Source: an uncultured Actinomycetes bacterium
Lineage (GTDB): Bacteria; Actinomycetota; Actinomycetes; S36-B12; CAIYMF01
Direction: 5' to 3'
NCBI GenBank assembly: GCA_963843975.1
Contig: CAWJMG010000001.1
Span: forward strand, 1,385,532-1,417,531
Length of the DNA stretch: 32,000 nt
A model generated the notes under the pieces. The model was not told the DNA's origin and searched no databases. It saw nothing but the letters and a program-made list of their open reading frames with translations. The translations under genes were made by a program, and so were the position numbers. Of the stretch, positions 1-7,648 are shown piece by piece (within the stretch, counting starts at the first letter, position 1; every line of letters begins with the position of its first letter).

Positions 1-2
1 AC

Positions 3-503
3 GACTCCATCGCCGCACCTGAGCCGAGCGAGCTGAGGATCGAGGTGGCGCGCGAGGGCGTCACGATGGCGCTGTACCAGAGCCTGTCGATCCTCGCGGT
101 GCTGCTCGCGACGCCCACGCCCCGAGCCGACGGCGCGAACGTCCGCGTCGCCGTCACGGTGTTCCTCACCGGCCTCGGCCTGCTTGCGGCACACCACGTG
201 GCCTTCCGTCTCTCCAGCCGCCTCGTCAACCAGGGCCTGCTCAGCGACGTCAGCGTCTCGCTGCTGAGGGCGCAGGCGCTGGGCGGGCTGCCGATCGTCG
301 TCGGCGCGGCCATCCCACCGCTGCTGCTCGGCGCCGCGCTCGGCACCACAGTGAGCGAGGTGCTGCTTCTCGTGCTGGTCGCCCTCGTCGGCTACCGGGC
401 AGTGCGCCCCGCGCGTGACCGGCGTCAGGCACTGGGCTACCTCGCGGGCCTCGTGGTGGTCGTCGGCCTGCTCATGGTGCTCAAGACCAGCGTCGGCCAC
501 TGA
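3..503 (+). CDS. hypothetical integral membrane protein (5' end may lie outside the window)
   Basis: ORF track 45..503. The same frame has no stop back to base 3, so the true start may be upstream of the window. The product is Ala/Leu/Val-rich with several ~20-aa hydrophobic spans, and third positions are G/C-dominated. Confidence 0.55.
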   Translation, partial: DSIAAPEPSELRIEVAREGVTMALYQSLSILAVLLATPTPRADGANVRVAVTVFLTGLGLLAAHHVAFRLSSRLVNQGLLSDVSVSLLRAQALGGLPIVVGAAIPPLLLGAALGTTVSEVLLLVLVALVGYRAVRPARDRRQALGYLAGLVVVVGLLMVLKTSVGH

Positions 504-582
504 CGCAGAATTGCCGTACGCCGCCCCGCGTCGGCTGGGCCCGCGCGCCGACCAGGCCGAGATCACGAATCTGGGCGGGATC

Positions 583-641
583 CGTGCAGTTGAACTGCCG
601 ATTGCTTCCCTTAGGGCAGAAACCTGCAGTTCAACTGCACG
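583..641. terminator. long inverted repeat between convergent genes (possible bidirectional terminator or paired protein-binding sites)
   Basis: CGTGCAGTTGAACTGC (583-598) and GCAGTTCAACTGCACG (626-641) are perfect reverse complements, separated by a 27-nt relatively AT-rich spacer. The repeat lies between the stop at 503 (+) and the stop at 669 (-). Confidence 0.4.
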
Positions 642-668
642 TGTGCTGCCCGGACTACGTGGTCGGGG

Positions 669-2420
669 CTACTCGATCGGCAGGGTGAGGATCAGGGTGG
701 TCAGGCGGTCGGTATCGGCGGGGGTCCAGTTAGGGGGCTGGGTGACGTCGGCCCAGACGGCGGGCATCGAGCCGCCGTAGTTGTGGCCCTCGCCGTCGGG
801 GACCGAGACGCCCATGAACTGGTCGACCGTCACCTGCAGGAACGTGATGATCGGGTACCAGTGCATGTCGGGGCTGCGGCCCGGGCCGGGCGGCTCCATC
901 AGCCAGTCGGGCTGCTGGAACAGAAGCGCCGGGCTCCACCACACCACCGAGTCGTTCGCGTGCTGGACGTACGCCACGCGCGGCGATGTCCACTCGGCGG
1001 CAGGTTTCGCGAGGTCGGCCGCCTCACCGGCGTACCGGATCGTCTTCCCTCCCTGGTAGACCGGCTGCCACTGGGGGCTGCCCGCGTCGCGGTCCGCGGC
1101 GATCTGGCCCCACGGCTGGCTGAAGTTCGGTGTGCCGACGAAGATCGCACCGTCGGTGCGGGCGGACATGTCTGCCGCGTCGGAGAACGCCGACTGAAGC
1201 GAGAACGACCCGAGCGAGAGCCCGTAGGCGAAGAGCTTGGGTCGCTTGCCCTCGGGCAGCGACGACCACTTGGCGTAGACCGCGTCGAACACGGCAGTGC
1301 CGGCCTCGGTGGCCTTGTCGACGTCGACGAGGGTCGAGATCCACGAGGGCAGGTAGGAGTACTGGATGCCGACGATCGCGCTGTCGCCGTTCCACTCGTA
1401 CTCGAACGTGTTCACCGTCTGCGGCTCGAGCCAGCCGGTGCCGGTGGTGCCGGCGACGACGAGCGCGGCGCGGTCGAAGGCGCCCGTGCGCTCGAGCTCC
1501 TGCACGGCGAGGTCGGCGCGCGCCTTCGCGTCGGCCGCGGAGTCGAGGCCGACGTACACGCGGATCGGCTCCTGGGCCTCACGGCCGGAGAACTCCGTGA
1601 GGTCGCCGGGGCGCGGGCCGCGCGCGACGAAGTTGCGCCCCTCCATGCCGAGGGTGTCCCACGCGACGAGCGAGTCGGGCGACCCCGACCGCTCGGGCAC
1701 CTGGGGCTGGGCGATGCCCGGCTGGGTGCTCGCGTTGGTGCCCTCGTAGATGTTGTTCATGAGCGCCGAGAAGCCCTTGAACAGGACGTCGGTGACCGCG
1801 AGGTAGATGACGAGTGCGACGACGAGCACCGCGAGCGAGAAGGCGAACGGCGCCGGGATCCAGCGCGAGAGGTGGCGGCTGACCCACCGGTTGGCCCGGC
1901 GCAGCCCTCGACCGGCGAGGACGCCGAGCACGGCGAACACGAGCGCGACGACGCCGACGACGACCGCGACCCCGTAGCCCTCGTCCTCGAAGCCGACCGC
2001 CTCGCGAACTCCGTTCTGCGCAACGGTGCCGGCGATGAGGTTGACGGCGATGAGCACCGGCGCCCAGACGGCGAGAACGCGCCAGGCCCAGGTCTTGACC
2101 GTCGCCGACCGCTCGCGCAGCGGGGTGGACCGAATCGCCCAGCTGATGAGGCAGCCGAGGCCGTAGCCGAGCGCAGCGCCGAGGCCGGCGATGACGCCCT
2201 CGAAGATCCAGGGTCGGGGCAGCAGTGACGGCGTCAGTGCCCACCCGAAGGTGGTGACGGCGAAGAACACGCCGAGGAAGTTGAGGCGCTTCCACCACGG
2301 GCGGCGCTGCGCTCCCGACGTGGGTTCAACGGTTCCGTCGGCGCTGCCGGCGCCGTCGGGTGCGGGGGGCGCCTCGGGCGCGTTGCTCGTCACGGGGGTG
2401 AGCCTAGGCCGAGACGCCAT
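669..2420 (-). CDS. membrane-anchored alpha/beta-hydrolase family protein (Abhydrolase_9-like architecture)
   Basis: 583-aa ORF. The N-terminal ~200 aa carry multiple hydrophobic helices. The C-terminal domain has a G-x-S-x-G nucleophile elbow (FAYGLSLGSF). Confidence 0.8.
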   Translation of the reverse strand: MASRPRLTPVTSNAPEAPPAPDGAGSADGTVEPTSGAQRRPWWKRLNFLGVFFAVTTFGWALTPSLLPRPWIFEGVIAGLGAALGYGLGCLISWAIRSTPLRERSATVKTWAWRVLAVWAPVLIAVNLIAGTVAQNGVREAVGFEDEGYGVAVVVGVVALVFAVLGVLAGRGLRRANRWVSRHLSRWIPAPFAFSLAVLVVALVIYLAVTDVLFKGFSALMNNIYEGTNASTQPGIAQPQVPERSGSPDSLVAWDTLGMEGRNFVARGPRPGDLTEFSGREAQEPIRVYVGLDSAADAKARADLAVQELERTGAFDRAALVVAGTTGTGWLEPQTVNTFEYEWNGDSAIVGIQYSYLPSWISTLVDVDKATEAGTAVFDAVYAKWSSLPEGKRPKLFAYGLSLGSFSLQSAFSDAADMSARTDGAIFVGTPNFSQPWGQIAADRDAGSPQWQPVYQGGKTIRYAGEAADLAKPAAEWTSPRVAYVQHANDSVVWWSPALLFQQPDWLMEPPGPGRSPDMHWYPIITFLQVTVDQFMGVSVPDGEGHNYGGSMPAVWADVTQPPNWTPADTDRLTTLILTLPIE

Positions 2421-2483
2421 CGGGCCAGGGAGGATCCGGCCGCATGCCGGGACGACGACCGGCGGCGGCAGTGCGGGAGACGG

Positions 2484-3764
2484 TCAGAGGTTGGGTGCGG
2501 GCGGAGCGGGGATGACGTTGCCAGCGTCTGCGGGCGCGGGCGCAGTACTGGTGAGACCAGGCCCCGCTGCTGCGCGCGCGCGTCGGCGCGCCATGTAGAC
2601 GGCGGCCGCGATCGCGCTCGTGGCCGCGGTCAGGATCCCGCCGCCGATGAGGCCCGAGCGCGGACCGTACTGCTCGGCGGCCCAGCCGATGATCGGGGCG
2701 CCGATCGGAGTGCCGCCGAAGAACACGAGCGTGTAGACGCCCATGACGCGGCCGCGCACCCAGCCCGCGCTGCGGCTCTGCAGGTAGGTCTGCACCGACG
2801 TCGTGAACGTCATCGCCGTGATCCCCGCGAACGGCAGGAGCAGCAGGATCGAGAAGTACGTCGGGGCGAGCCCGACGACGATCTCGACGCAGCCGAAGAC
2901 GACCGCGGCGACCACGACGAGCTTCAGCGGCACGTGGACGCGCCGGGCGGCGAGCAGCGAGCCCGCGAGCGCTCCGACGGCGAGCGCCGTCGACATGATG
3001 CCGAAGGCTTCCGCGCCGACGCCGTACTCGAGCCGCGCCATCAGCGCCATCGTCATCTGGTAGTTCAGGCCGAAGGTCGCGACCAGGAAGGCCAGCGTCA
3101 GGGCGAGCACCATGTCGCCGTTGCGGCGCACGTACGCGAGGCCCTGCCGCAGCTTGACCACGCCCTCCTGTCGTCGCGTCGGCCGCAGCTCGGAGGTGCG
3201 CATCGCGAGCAGGGCGCCGATGGTGACCGCGAAGGACAGGCCGTTGAGGATGAAGACCCAGCCGCTGCCGAACACGGCGACCAGCACGCCGGCCAGCGCC
3301 GGGCCGACGAGGCGGGCGAGGTTGAACGACGCGCTGTTGAGGGCGATGGCGTTGGTGAGCTTGTCCTTGCCGACGATCTCGTTGACGAAGGCCTGCCGCG
3401 CCGGGTTGTCGAACGCGCTCGCGACACCGAGCGCGAAGGCGAGCGAGTAGACGATCGCGACGGTGGCGAGACCGGCGAGGGCGAGCACCCCGAGCAGGAT
3501 CGCGAGCAGTCCCATGGCTGCCTGCGTGATGATCAGCAGCTTGCGGCGCGGCACGCGGTCGGCGAGCGTGCCGCCCCAGAGCGAGAACAGCAGGTACGGC
3601 AGGAACTGCAGCCCGGTGGTGATGCCGAGCGCGACGCCGGACGAGCCTGACAGGTCGAGCACGAGCCAGTCCTGCGCGACGCGCTGCATCCACGTGCCTG
3701 CGTTCGACAGGACCTGGCCGCCGAAGTAGAGGCGGTAGTTGCGCACCTCGAGCGCGCGGAACAT
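2484..3764 (-). CDS. MFS transporter (putative drug/siderophore-type exporter)
   Basis: This is the C-terminal 426 aa of track ORF 2484..4535, starting at ATG 3764 (MFRALEVRNYRLYFGG...). It contains the MFS loop motif GGTLADRVPRRKLL and about 12 hydrophobic helices. The part of the track ORF upstream of 3764 is Arg/Pro-rich junk overlapping the marR frame. Confidence 0.85.
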   Translation of the reverse strand: MFRALEVRNYRLYFGGQVLSNAGTWMQRVAQDWLVLDLSGSSGVALGITTGLQFLPYLLFSLWGGTLADRVPRRKLLIITQAAMGLLAILLGVLALAGLATVAIVYSLAFALGVASAFDNPARQAFVNEIVGKDKLTNAIALNSASFNLARLVGPALAGVLVAVFGSGWVFILNGLSFAVTIGALLAMRTSELRPTRRQEGVVKLRQGLAYVRRNGDMVLALTLAFLVATFGLNYQMTMALMARLEYGVGAEAFGIMSTALAVGALAGSLLAARRVHVPLKLVVVAAVVFGCVEIVVGLAPTYFSILLLLPFAGITAMTFTTSVQTYLQSRSAGWVRGRVMGVYTLVFFGGTPIGAPIIGWAAEQYGPRSGLIGGGILTAATSAIAAAVYMARRRARAAAGPGLTSTAPAPADAGNVIPAPPAPNL

Positions 3765-3769
3765 GGGCG

Positions 3770-4204
3770 TCACGAGTCGGCGAGCACCTCCAGCACGGGG
3801 AGGGCGGCGCGCAGGACGTCGCGCTGCTCCGGCGTGAGGTCGATGAGCAGCGCCGCCAGCCACTCGTCGCGACGGCGACGGTCCTCGCGGAGCATCTTCT
3901 GCGCGGCGGGCGTGAGCGACACCAGCTGGGACCGCCCGTCGGTCGGGTCGGCGACGCGGTCGACGTACCCTGCCTCGGCGAGGTTGGCCAGCACCTTGGT
4001 CATGGTGGGCGGCCGCACCTGCTCGTGGTGCGCGAGCGCGCCTGGCGTGAGCGGCCCCATGCGGTCGAGGGTGGCGAGGACGCTGATCTGCCCGAGCGGC
4101 AGACCGGTGTCGGCCCGCTGCTGGCGCAGCCGCCGTGCCAGCCGCATCGTCGCCAGCCGGAGGTCGTGCGCGAGGTCGGTGGTGACGGCGGGGCTGGGAG
4201 ACAT
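3770..4204 (-). CDS. MarR family transcriptional regulator
   Basis: Winged-HTH MarR-like sequence (LGQISVLATLDRMGPLTPGALAHHEQVRPPTMTKVLANLAEAGYVDR). The stop lies 5 nt before the MFS start, so the two genes are probably an operon. Start chosen at ATG 4204 (alternatives ATG 4216 and TTG 4240) because a -10-like TATGCT lies 7 nt upstream, suggesting a leaderless mRNA. Confidence 0.85.
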   Translation of the reverse strand: MSPSPAVTTDLAHDLRLATMRLARRLRQQRADTGLPLGQISVLATLDRMGPLTPGALAHHEQVRPPTMTKVLANLAEAGYVDRVADPTDGRSQLVSLTPAAQKMLREDRRRRDEWLAALLIDLTPEQRDVLRAALPVLEVLADS

Positions 4205-4240
4205 GTTCGTTAGCATAACTAACGATATGCGATCCGCCAA
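4205..4240 (-). promoter_or_regulatory. putative leaderless marR promoter with embedded palindromic operator
   Basis: Read on the minus strand: TTGGCG (4240-4235), 17 nt, TATGCT (4217-4212), 7 nt, ATG (4204). An inverted repeat CGTTAG-N5-CTAACG (4208-4224) overlaps the -10 region. Confidence 0.45.
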
Positions 4241-4263
4241 CCGCGATGCGCTTCGACCGGGGG

Positions 4264-5253
4264 TCAGCCCGCGGAGCCCACGGCGGCGCGACGCAGGCGG
4301 TCAAGCACGGCGTCGGCCAGAGCACCGTCGGTGGGTGCCACCGTGACCACGGTGCGGACCCCGCGGGCGTCGGCCTCGCGGAGCGCGGCGTACAGCGCGC
4401 GGGCGTACGCCGCGGAGCTCTCGGGCTCGGCCAGGCGCAGCACCCCGGACGGGGTAGGGACGTCTGCCGGCGCAAGGAGCGCGACGGGGGCGACGGCGGA
4501 CGCGGCGACCGCCTCGACCTCGCCCGGCTCCACAAGCAGCAGGCGTGCGCTCGGGGCGTAGTGCGCCGCGAGGGTCCCGGGTGCGCGGACGGTGGAGTCG
4601 GCGGGCTCGACGTCGAGGCCGGTGACGGCCTCGATCTCCTCCACGCCCACGGCTCCCGGGCGCAGCAGGCGAGGGTGGCCTCCGGTGCAGTCGACGATCG
4701 TGGACTCGACTCCGACCTCGCTGCTCGCGCCCTCGAGCACAGCGTCGCGCCCGGGCTCGAGCACGTCCGCGAGCTCGTCGAGGACGTGCGCCGCGTCGGT
4801 GGGGCTCACGCGGCCGAACCGGTTGGCGCTCGGCGCAGCCAGGCCGCCGCCGAAGGCGACGAGCAGCGCGTGCGCCACCGGGTGGGACGGCACGCGAAGG
4901 CCGACGGTCTCCTGCCCGCCCGTCACGTGGTGGCCCGCGCGCGGGCCGCGGGGGAGCACCAGGGTGAGCGGACCGGGCCAGCATGCGGCGGCGAGAAGCC
5001 GTGCGTACGAGGGGATCGCGGTCGCCCAGCCGTCGTCGATCGCAGTGACGTCGGCGAGGTGGACGATCAGCGGGTGGTCGGGAGGGCGCCCCTTGGCGGC
5101 GTAGACCCGGGCCACGGCCCCGGCGTCCTCGGCGTCGGCCGCGAGACCGTAGACGGTCTCGGTCGGGATCGCGACGAGCCCCCCCGCGCGCAGCAGCCGA
5201 ACGGCCGTGCCGACGTCGCCGGTGAGCAGCGCGTCACGGCGTCCCTGATCCAC
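4264..5253 (-). CDS. tsaC: L-threonylcarbamoyladenylate synthase (Sua5/YwlC long form)
   Basis: 329 aa with YrdC-domain motifs (AIPTETVYGLAADA, KGRPPDHPLIVH, APSANRFGRVSPT) followed by a Sua5-type C-terminal domain. GTG start at 5253 is preceded by GGGAGGA. Confidence 0.88.
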   Translation of the reverse strand: MDQGRRDALLTGDVGTAVRLLRAGGLVAIPTETVYGLAADAEDAGAVARVYAAKGRPPDHPLIVHLADVTAIDDGWATAIPSYARLLAAACWPGPLTLVLPRGPRAGHHVTGGQETVGLRVPSHPVAHALLVAFGGGLAAPSANRFGRVSPTDAAHVLDELADVLEPGRDAVLEGASSEVGVESTIVDCTGGHPRLLRPGAVGVEEIEAVTGLDVEPADSTVRAPGTLAAHYAPSARLLLVEPGEVEAVAASAVAPVALLAPADVPTPSGVLRLAEPESSAAYARALYAALREADARGVRTVVTVAPTDGALADAVLDRLRRAAVGSAG

Positions 5254-5316
5254 GACGCCATCCTCCCAGGTAGCGCATGCTCAAGAACGCGGCGTCGGGC
5301 TGCCGATGTGCAGGTC

Positions 5317-5433
5317 ATGACCGCTCTGGTGCTCCTCACGCTCGCACTGGCTGCGCTCGTCGTGGGCAAGCATGTCGACGACCACCGGGCGCACGCCCGG
5401 ATGCGCGCCGAGCGCGACCCGCGCGTCCACTGA
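5317..5433 (+). CDS. possible small membrane protein (38 aa)
   Basis: ATG 5317, product MTALVLLTLALAALVVGKHVDDHRAHARMRAERDPRVH: one hydrophobic helix and a basic tail. Third positions are G/C-rich. There is no clear SD and I recognise no homology. Confidence 0.3.
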   Translation: MTALVLLTLALAALVVGKHVDDHRAHARMRAERDPRVH

Positions 5434-5503
5434 CACGCTCGCCGTACGCCGCCGGCTCGTGCCGGCTGCCGCGCCCGGCACCCGGCAGGCCCCGGACACG
5501 ACG

Positions 5504-5531
5504 GAGGCCGGACCCGATCGGGTCCGGCCTC
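5504..5531. terminator. perfect palindromic hairpin, probable terminator downstream of the acyl-CoA dehydrogenase gene
   Basis: GAGGCCGGACCC-GATC-GGGTCCGGCCTC is a 12-bp perfect stem, 55 nt downstream of the fadE stop on the minus strand. There is no U-tract, which is common in high-GC actinobacteria. Confidence 0.55.
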
Positions 5532-5585
5532 GGTCTGCTGCGCGCCCCAGGGGTGGCGGGGTCGCGCGCGTCCGACGAACGCGCC

Positions 5586-7430
5586 CTAGAACGCGGCCTC
5601 GTCGAGGTCCATGAGGTCGTTGTCGGCGGCCTCGGCGATCGTGCGCTCGGCGGTGAGCAGCGGGAAGCGCTGAGCCGCGAAGAACTTCGCGGCCGCGATC
5701 TTGCCCGCGTAGAACTGCTGGTCCTTCTCCGAGACGTCGCCCGCGGCGAGGGCCTCGACCGCGATGGCGGCCTGGCGCAGGAGCAGCCAGCCGATGACGA
5801 GGTCGCCGAGGCACAGCAGCAGGCGGGTCGTGTGCTGACCGACCTTGTAGAGCTCGGTCTTCTCCTGCTGCGACTTCATGGCGTAGCCGCCGAGCGTGCC
5901 GACGATGCCCTGGACGTCCTCGAGGGCCTTGCCGAGCATCTCGCGCTCCTTGGCGAGCTTGCCGTTGCCGGCGTCGCCCTTGGCGAAGTCCTGGATCTCG
6001 CCGCCGACGCGGGTGAGCGCCTGGAACTGGTCGCGCACCATCTTGCGGAAGAACAGGTCGAGGCCCTGGATCGCCGTGGTGCCCTCGTAGAGGGTGTCGA
6101 TCTTGGAGTCACGGATGTACTGCTCGATCGGGTAGTCCTGCAGGAAGCCTGAGCCGCCGAGGGTCTGCAGCGACTGCGCGAGCTGCTCGTACGAGCGCTC
6201 GGAGCCGACGCCCTTCACGATCGGGAGCAGCAGGTCGTTGACCCGCTCGGCGAGGTCGAGGTCGACCTCCGCCTCGCCGCCGAGGCGGTTGAGCTCGACC
6301 TGGTCCTGCCACCACGCGGTGTAGTGCACGAGCGCGCGCATGCCCTCGGTGTACGCCTTCTGCAGCATCAGGCTGCGGCGCACGTCGGGGTGGTGCGTGA
6401 TGGTGACGCGCGGCGCGTCCTTGTCGGCGAACTCGGCGAGGTCGCCGCCCTGCACGCGGTTCTTCGCGTAGTCGAGGGCGTTGAGGTAGCCGGTCGACAG
6501 GGTCGCGATCGCCTTGGTGCCCACCATCATCCGGGCGTACTCGATGACCTTGAACATCTGGGCGATGCCGTCGTGCACGTCGCCGACGAGCCAGCCGACG
6601 GCCGGCTCCTTGTCGCCGAAGGTGAGCTCGCAGGTCGTGGAGACCTTGATGCCCATCTTCTTCTCGACGTTTGTGGCGTAGACGCCGTTGCGCTCGCCGG
6701 TGAGCTCGCCGGTCTCGTGGTCGAAGTGGTACTTCGGCACGACGAAGAGCGAGAGGCCCTTCGTGCCGCCGCGCGCACCCTCGGGACGGGCGAGGGCGAG
6801 GTGGACGATGTTCTCGGTCATGTCGTGCTCGCCCGAGGTGATGAACCGCTTCACGCCGGTGAGGTGCCAGGTGCCGTCCGGCTGCTGCACGGCCTTGGTG
6901 CGGCCGACGCCGACGTCGGAGCCGGCGTCCGGCTCGGTGAGCACCATGGTGGCGCCCCACTGGCGCTCGATCATGATCTCGGCGATGCGCTTCTGCTCGG
7001 CGTTGCCGAGGTGGTCGAGGATCGCGGCGAAGCCGGGGCCCGACATGAACATGAACGCCGGCGGGTTGGCGCCGAGCATGAGCTCGCTCGCGGCCCAGCG
7101 CAGCGAGGGCGGGGCACCCGGGCCGCCGAGGTGCTTGGGGAGGTCGAGGCTCCAGAAGCCGGAGTCCATGAGCGCCTTGTACGACGCCTTGAAGCCCTCG
7201 GGCATCGTCACGGTGCAGGTCGCCGGGTCGTAGACCGGCGGGTTGCGGTCGGCGTCGACGAACGACGCGGCCAGCGGGCCGGTGGCGAGGCGCTCGACCT
7301 CGATCAGCGTGTGCCGCGCGGTCTCGACGTCCATGTCGGCGAACGGGCCGTGGCCCAGCCGGTCCTGCGCCCCGAACACCTCGAAGAGGTTGAACTCGAT
7401 GTCGCGCAGATTGGACTTGTAGTGGCTCAT
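5586..7430 (-). CDS. fadE: acyl-CoA dehydrogenase, long (~610 aa) FadE5-like form
   Basis: 614 aa. The N-terminus [20 protein letters not shown] is typical of the long acyl-CoA dehydrogenases, and ACAD middle and C-terminal domain motifs are present ([16 protein letters not shown]). GGGAGA SD upstream. Confidence 0.9.
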   Translation of the reverse strand: MSHYKSNLRDIEFNLFEVFGAQDRLGHGPFADMDVETARHTLIEVERLATGPLAASFVDADRNPPVYDPATCTVTMPEGFKASYKALMDSGFWSLDLPKHLGGPGAPPSLRWAASELMLGANPPAFMFMSGPGFAAILDHLGNAEQKRIAEIMIERQWGATMVLTEPDAGSDVGVGRTKAVQQPDGTWHLTGVKRFITSGEHDMTENIVHLALARPEGARGGTKGLSLFVVPKYHFDHETGELTGERNGVYATNVEKKMGIKVSTTCELTFGDKEPAVGWLVGDVHDGIAQMFKVIEYARMMVGTKAIATLSTGYLNALDYAKNRVQGGDLAEFADKDAPRVTITHHPDVRRSLMLQKAYTEGMRALVHYTAWWQDQVELNRLGGEAEVDLDLAERVNDLLLPIVKGVGSERSYEQLAQSLQTLGGSGFLQDYPIEQYIRDSKIDTLYEGTTAIQGLDLFFRKMVRDQFQALTRVGGEIQDFAKGDAGNGKLAKEREMLGKALEDVQGIVGTLGGYAMKSQQEKTELYKVGQHTTRLLLCLGDLVIGWLLLRQAAIAVEALAAGDVSEKDQQFYAGKIAAAKFFAAQRFPLLTAERTIAEAADNDLMDLDEAAF

Positions 7431-7474
7431 GGCCCGGTCTCCCGTGTTCGGCCAGCACGGAAGCGGCTGGCGGT

Positions 7475-7513
7475 TACCCGTCGGTAACTCATGATGCTAC
7501 CGGCGGGTAACTC
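7475..7513. promoter_or_regulatory. tandem operator-like sites TACC-N4/5-GGTAACTC upstream of fadE
   Basis: TACCCGTCGGTAACTC (7475-7490) and TACCGGCGGGTAACTC (7498-7513). Each contains a TACC/GGTA inverted repeat. They are offset by 23 bp and lie 45-83 nt upstream of the fadE start codon. Confidence 0.45.
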
Positions 7514-7573
7514 TGGCAAGGCCATGACGGTGACGAATCCGCTGAGGAGACGTCGTCCCAGGTCAGAGCCCCG

Positions 7574-7633
7574 AGTCACTGCCCCAAGTGGGGCTATGGG
7601 CGCGCTGAACAGCCCGCTTTGGGCAGTAACTCG
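7574..7633. repeat. 60-nt palindromic intergenic element, copy A (imperfect hairpin)
   Basis: AGTCACTGCCCCAAGTGGGGCT...AGCCCGCTTTGGGCAGTAACTCG aligns without gaps to 30951-31010. The arms are nearly identical and the loop has diverged. It lies 16 nt downstream of the ABC permease stop. Confidence 0.7.
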
Positions 7634-7648
7634 CGGAGGGGGCCGAGC

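Noticed and set aside
3765-4535. N-terminal 257 aa of the 683-aa track ORF 2484..4535, making the MFS protein appear much longer
   Set aside because: The extension is Arg/Pro-rich nonsense and overlaps the clearly real MarR and tsaC reading frames. The MFS homology begins at MFRALEVRNY (ATG 3764). Similar false extensions were trimmed for 7649..9991, 10016..11536, 12565..13776, 21748..22803, 26797..27708, 27533..29071 and 28995..29966.
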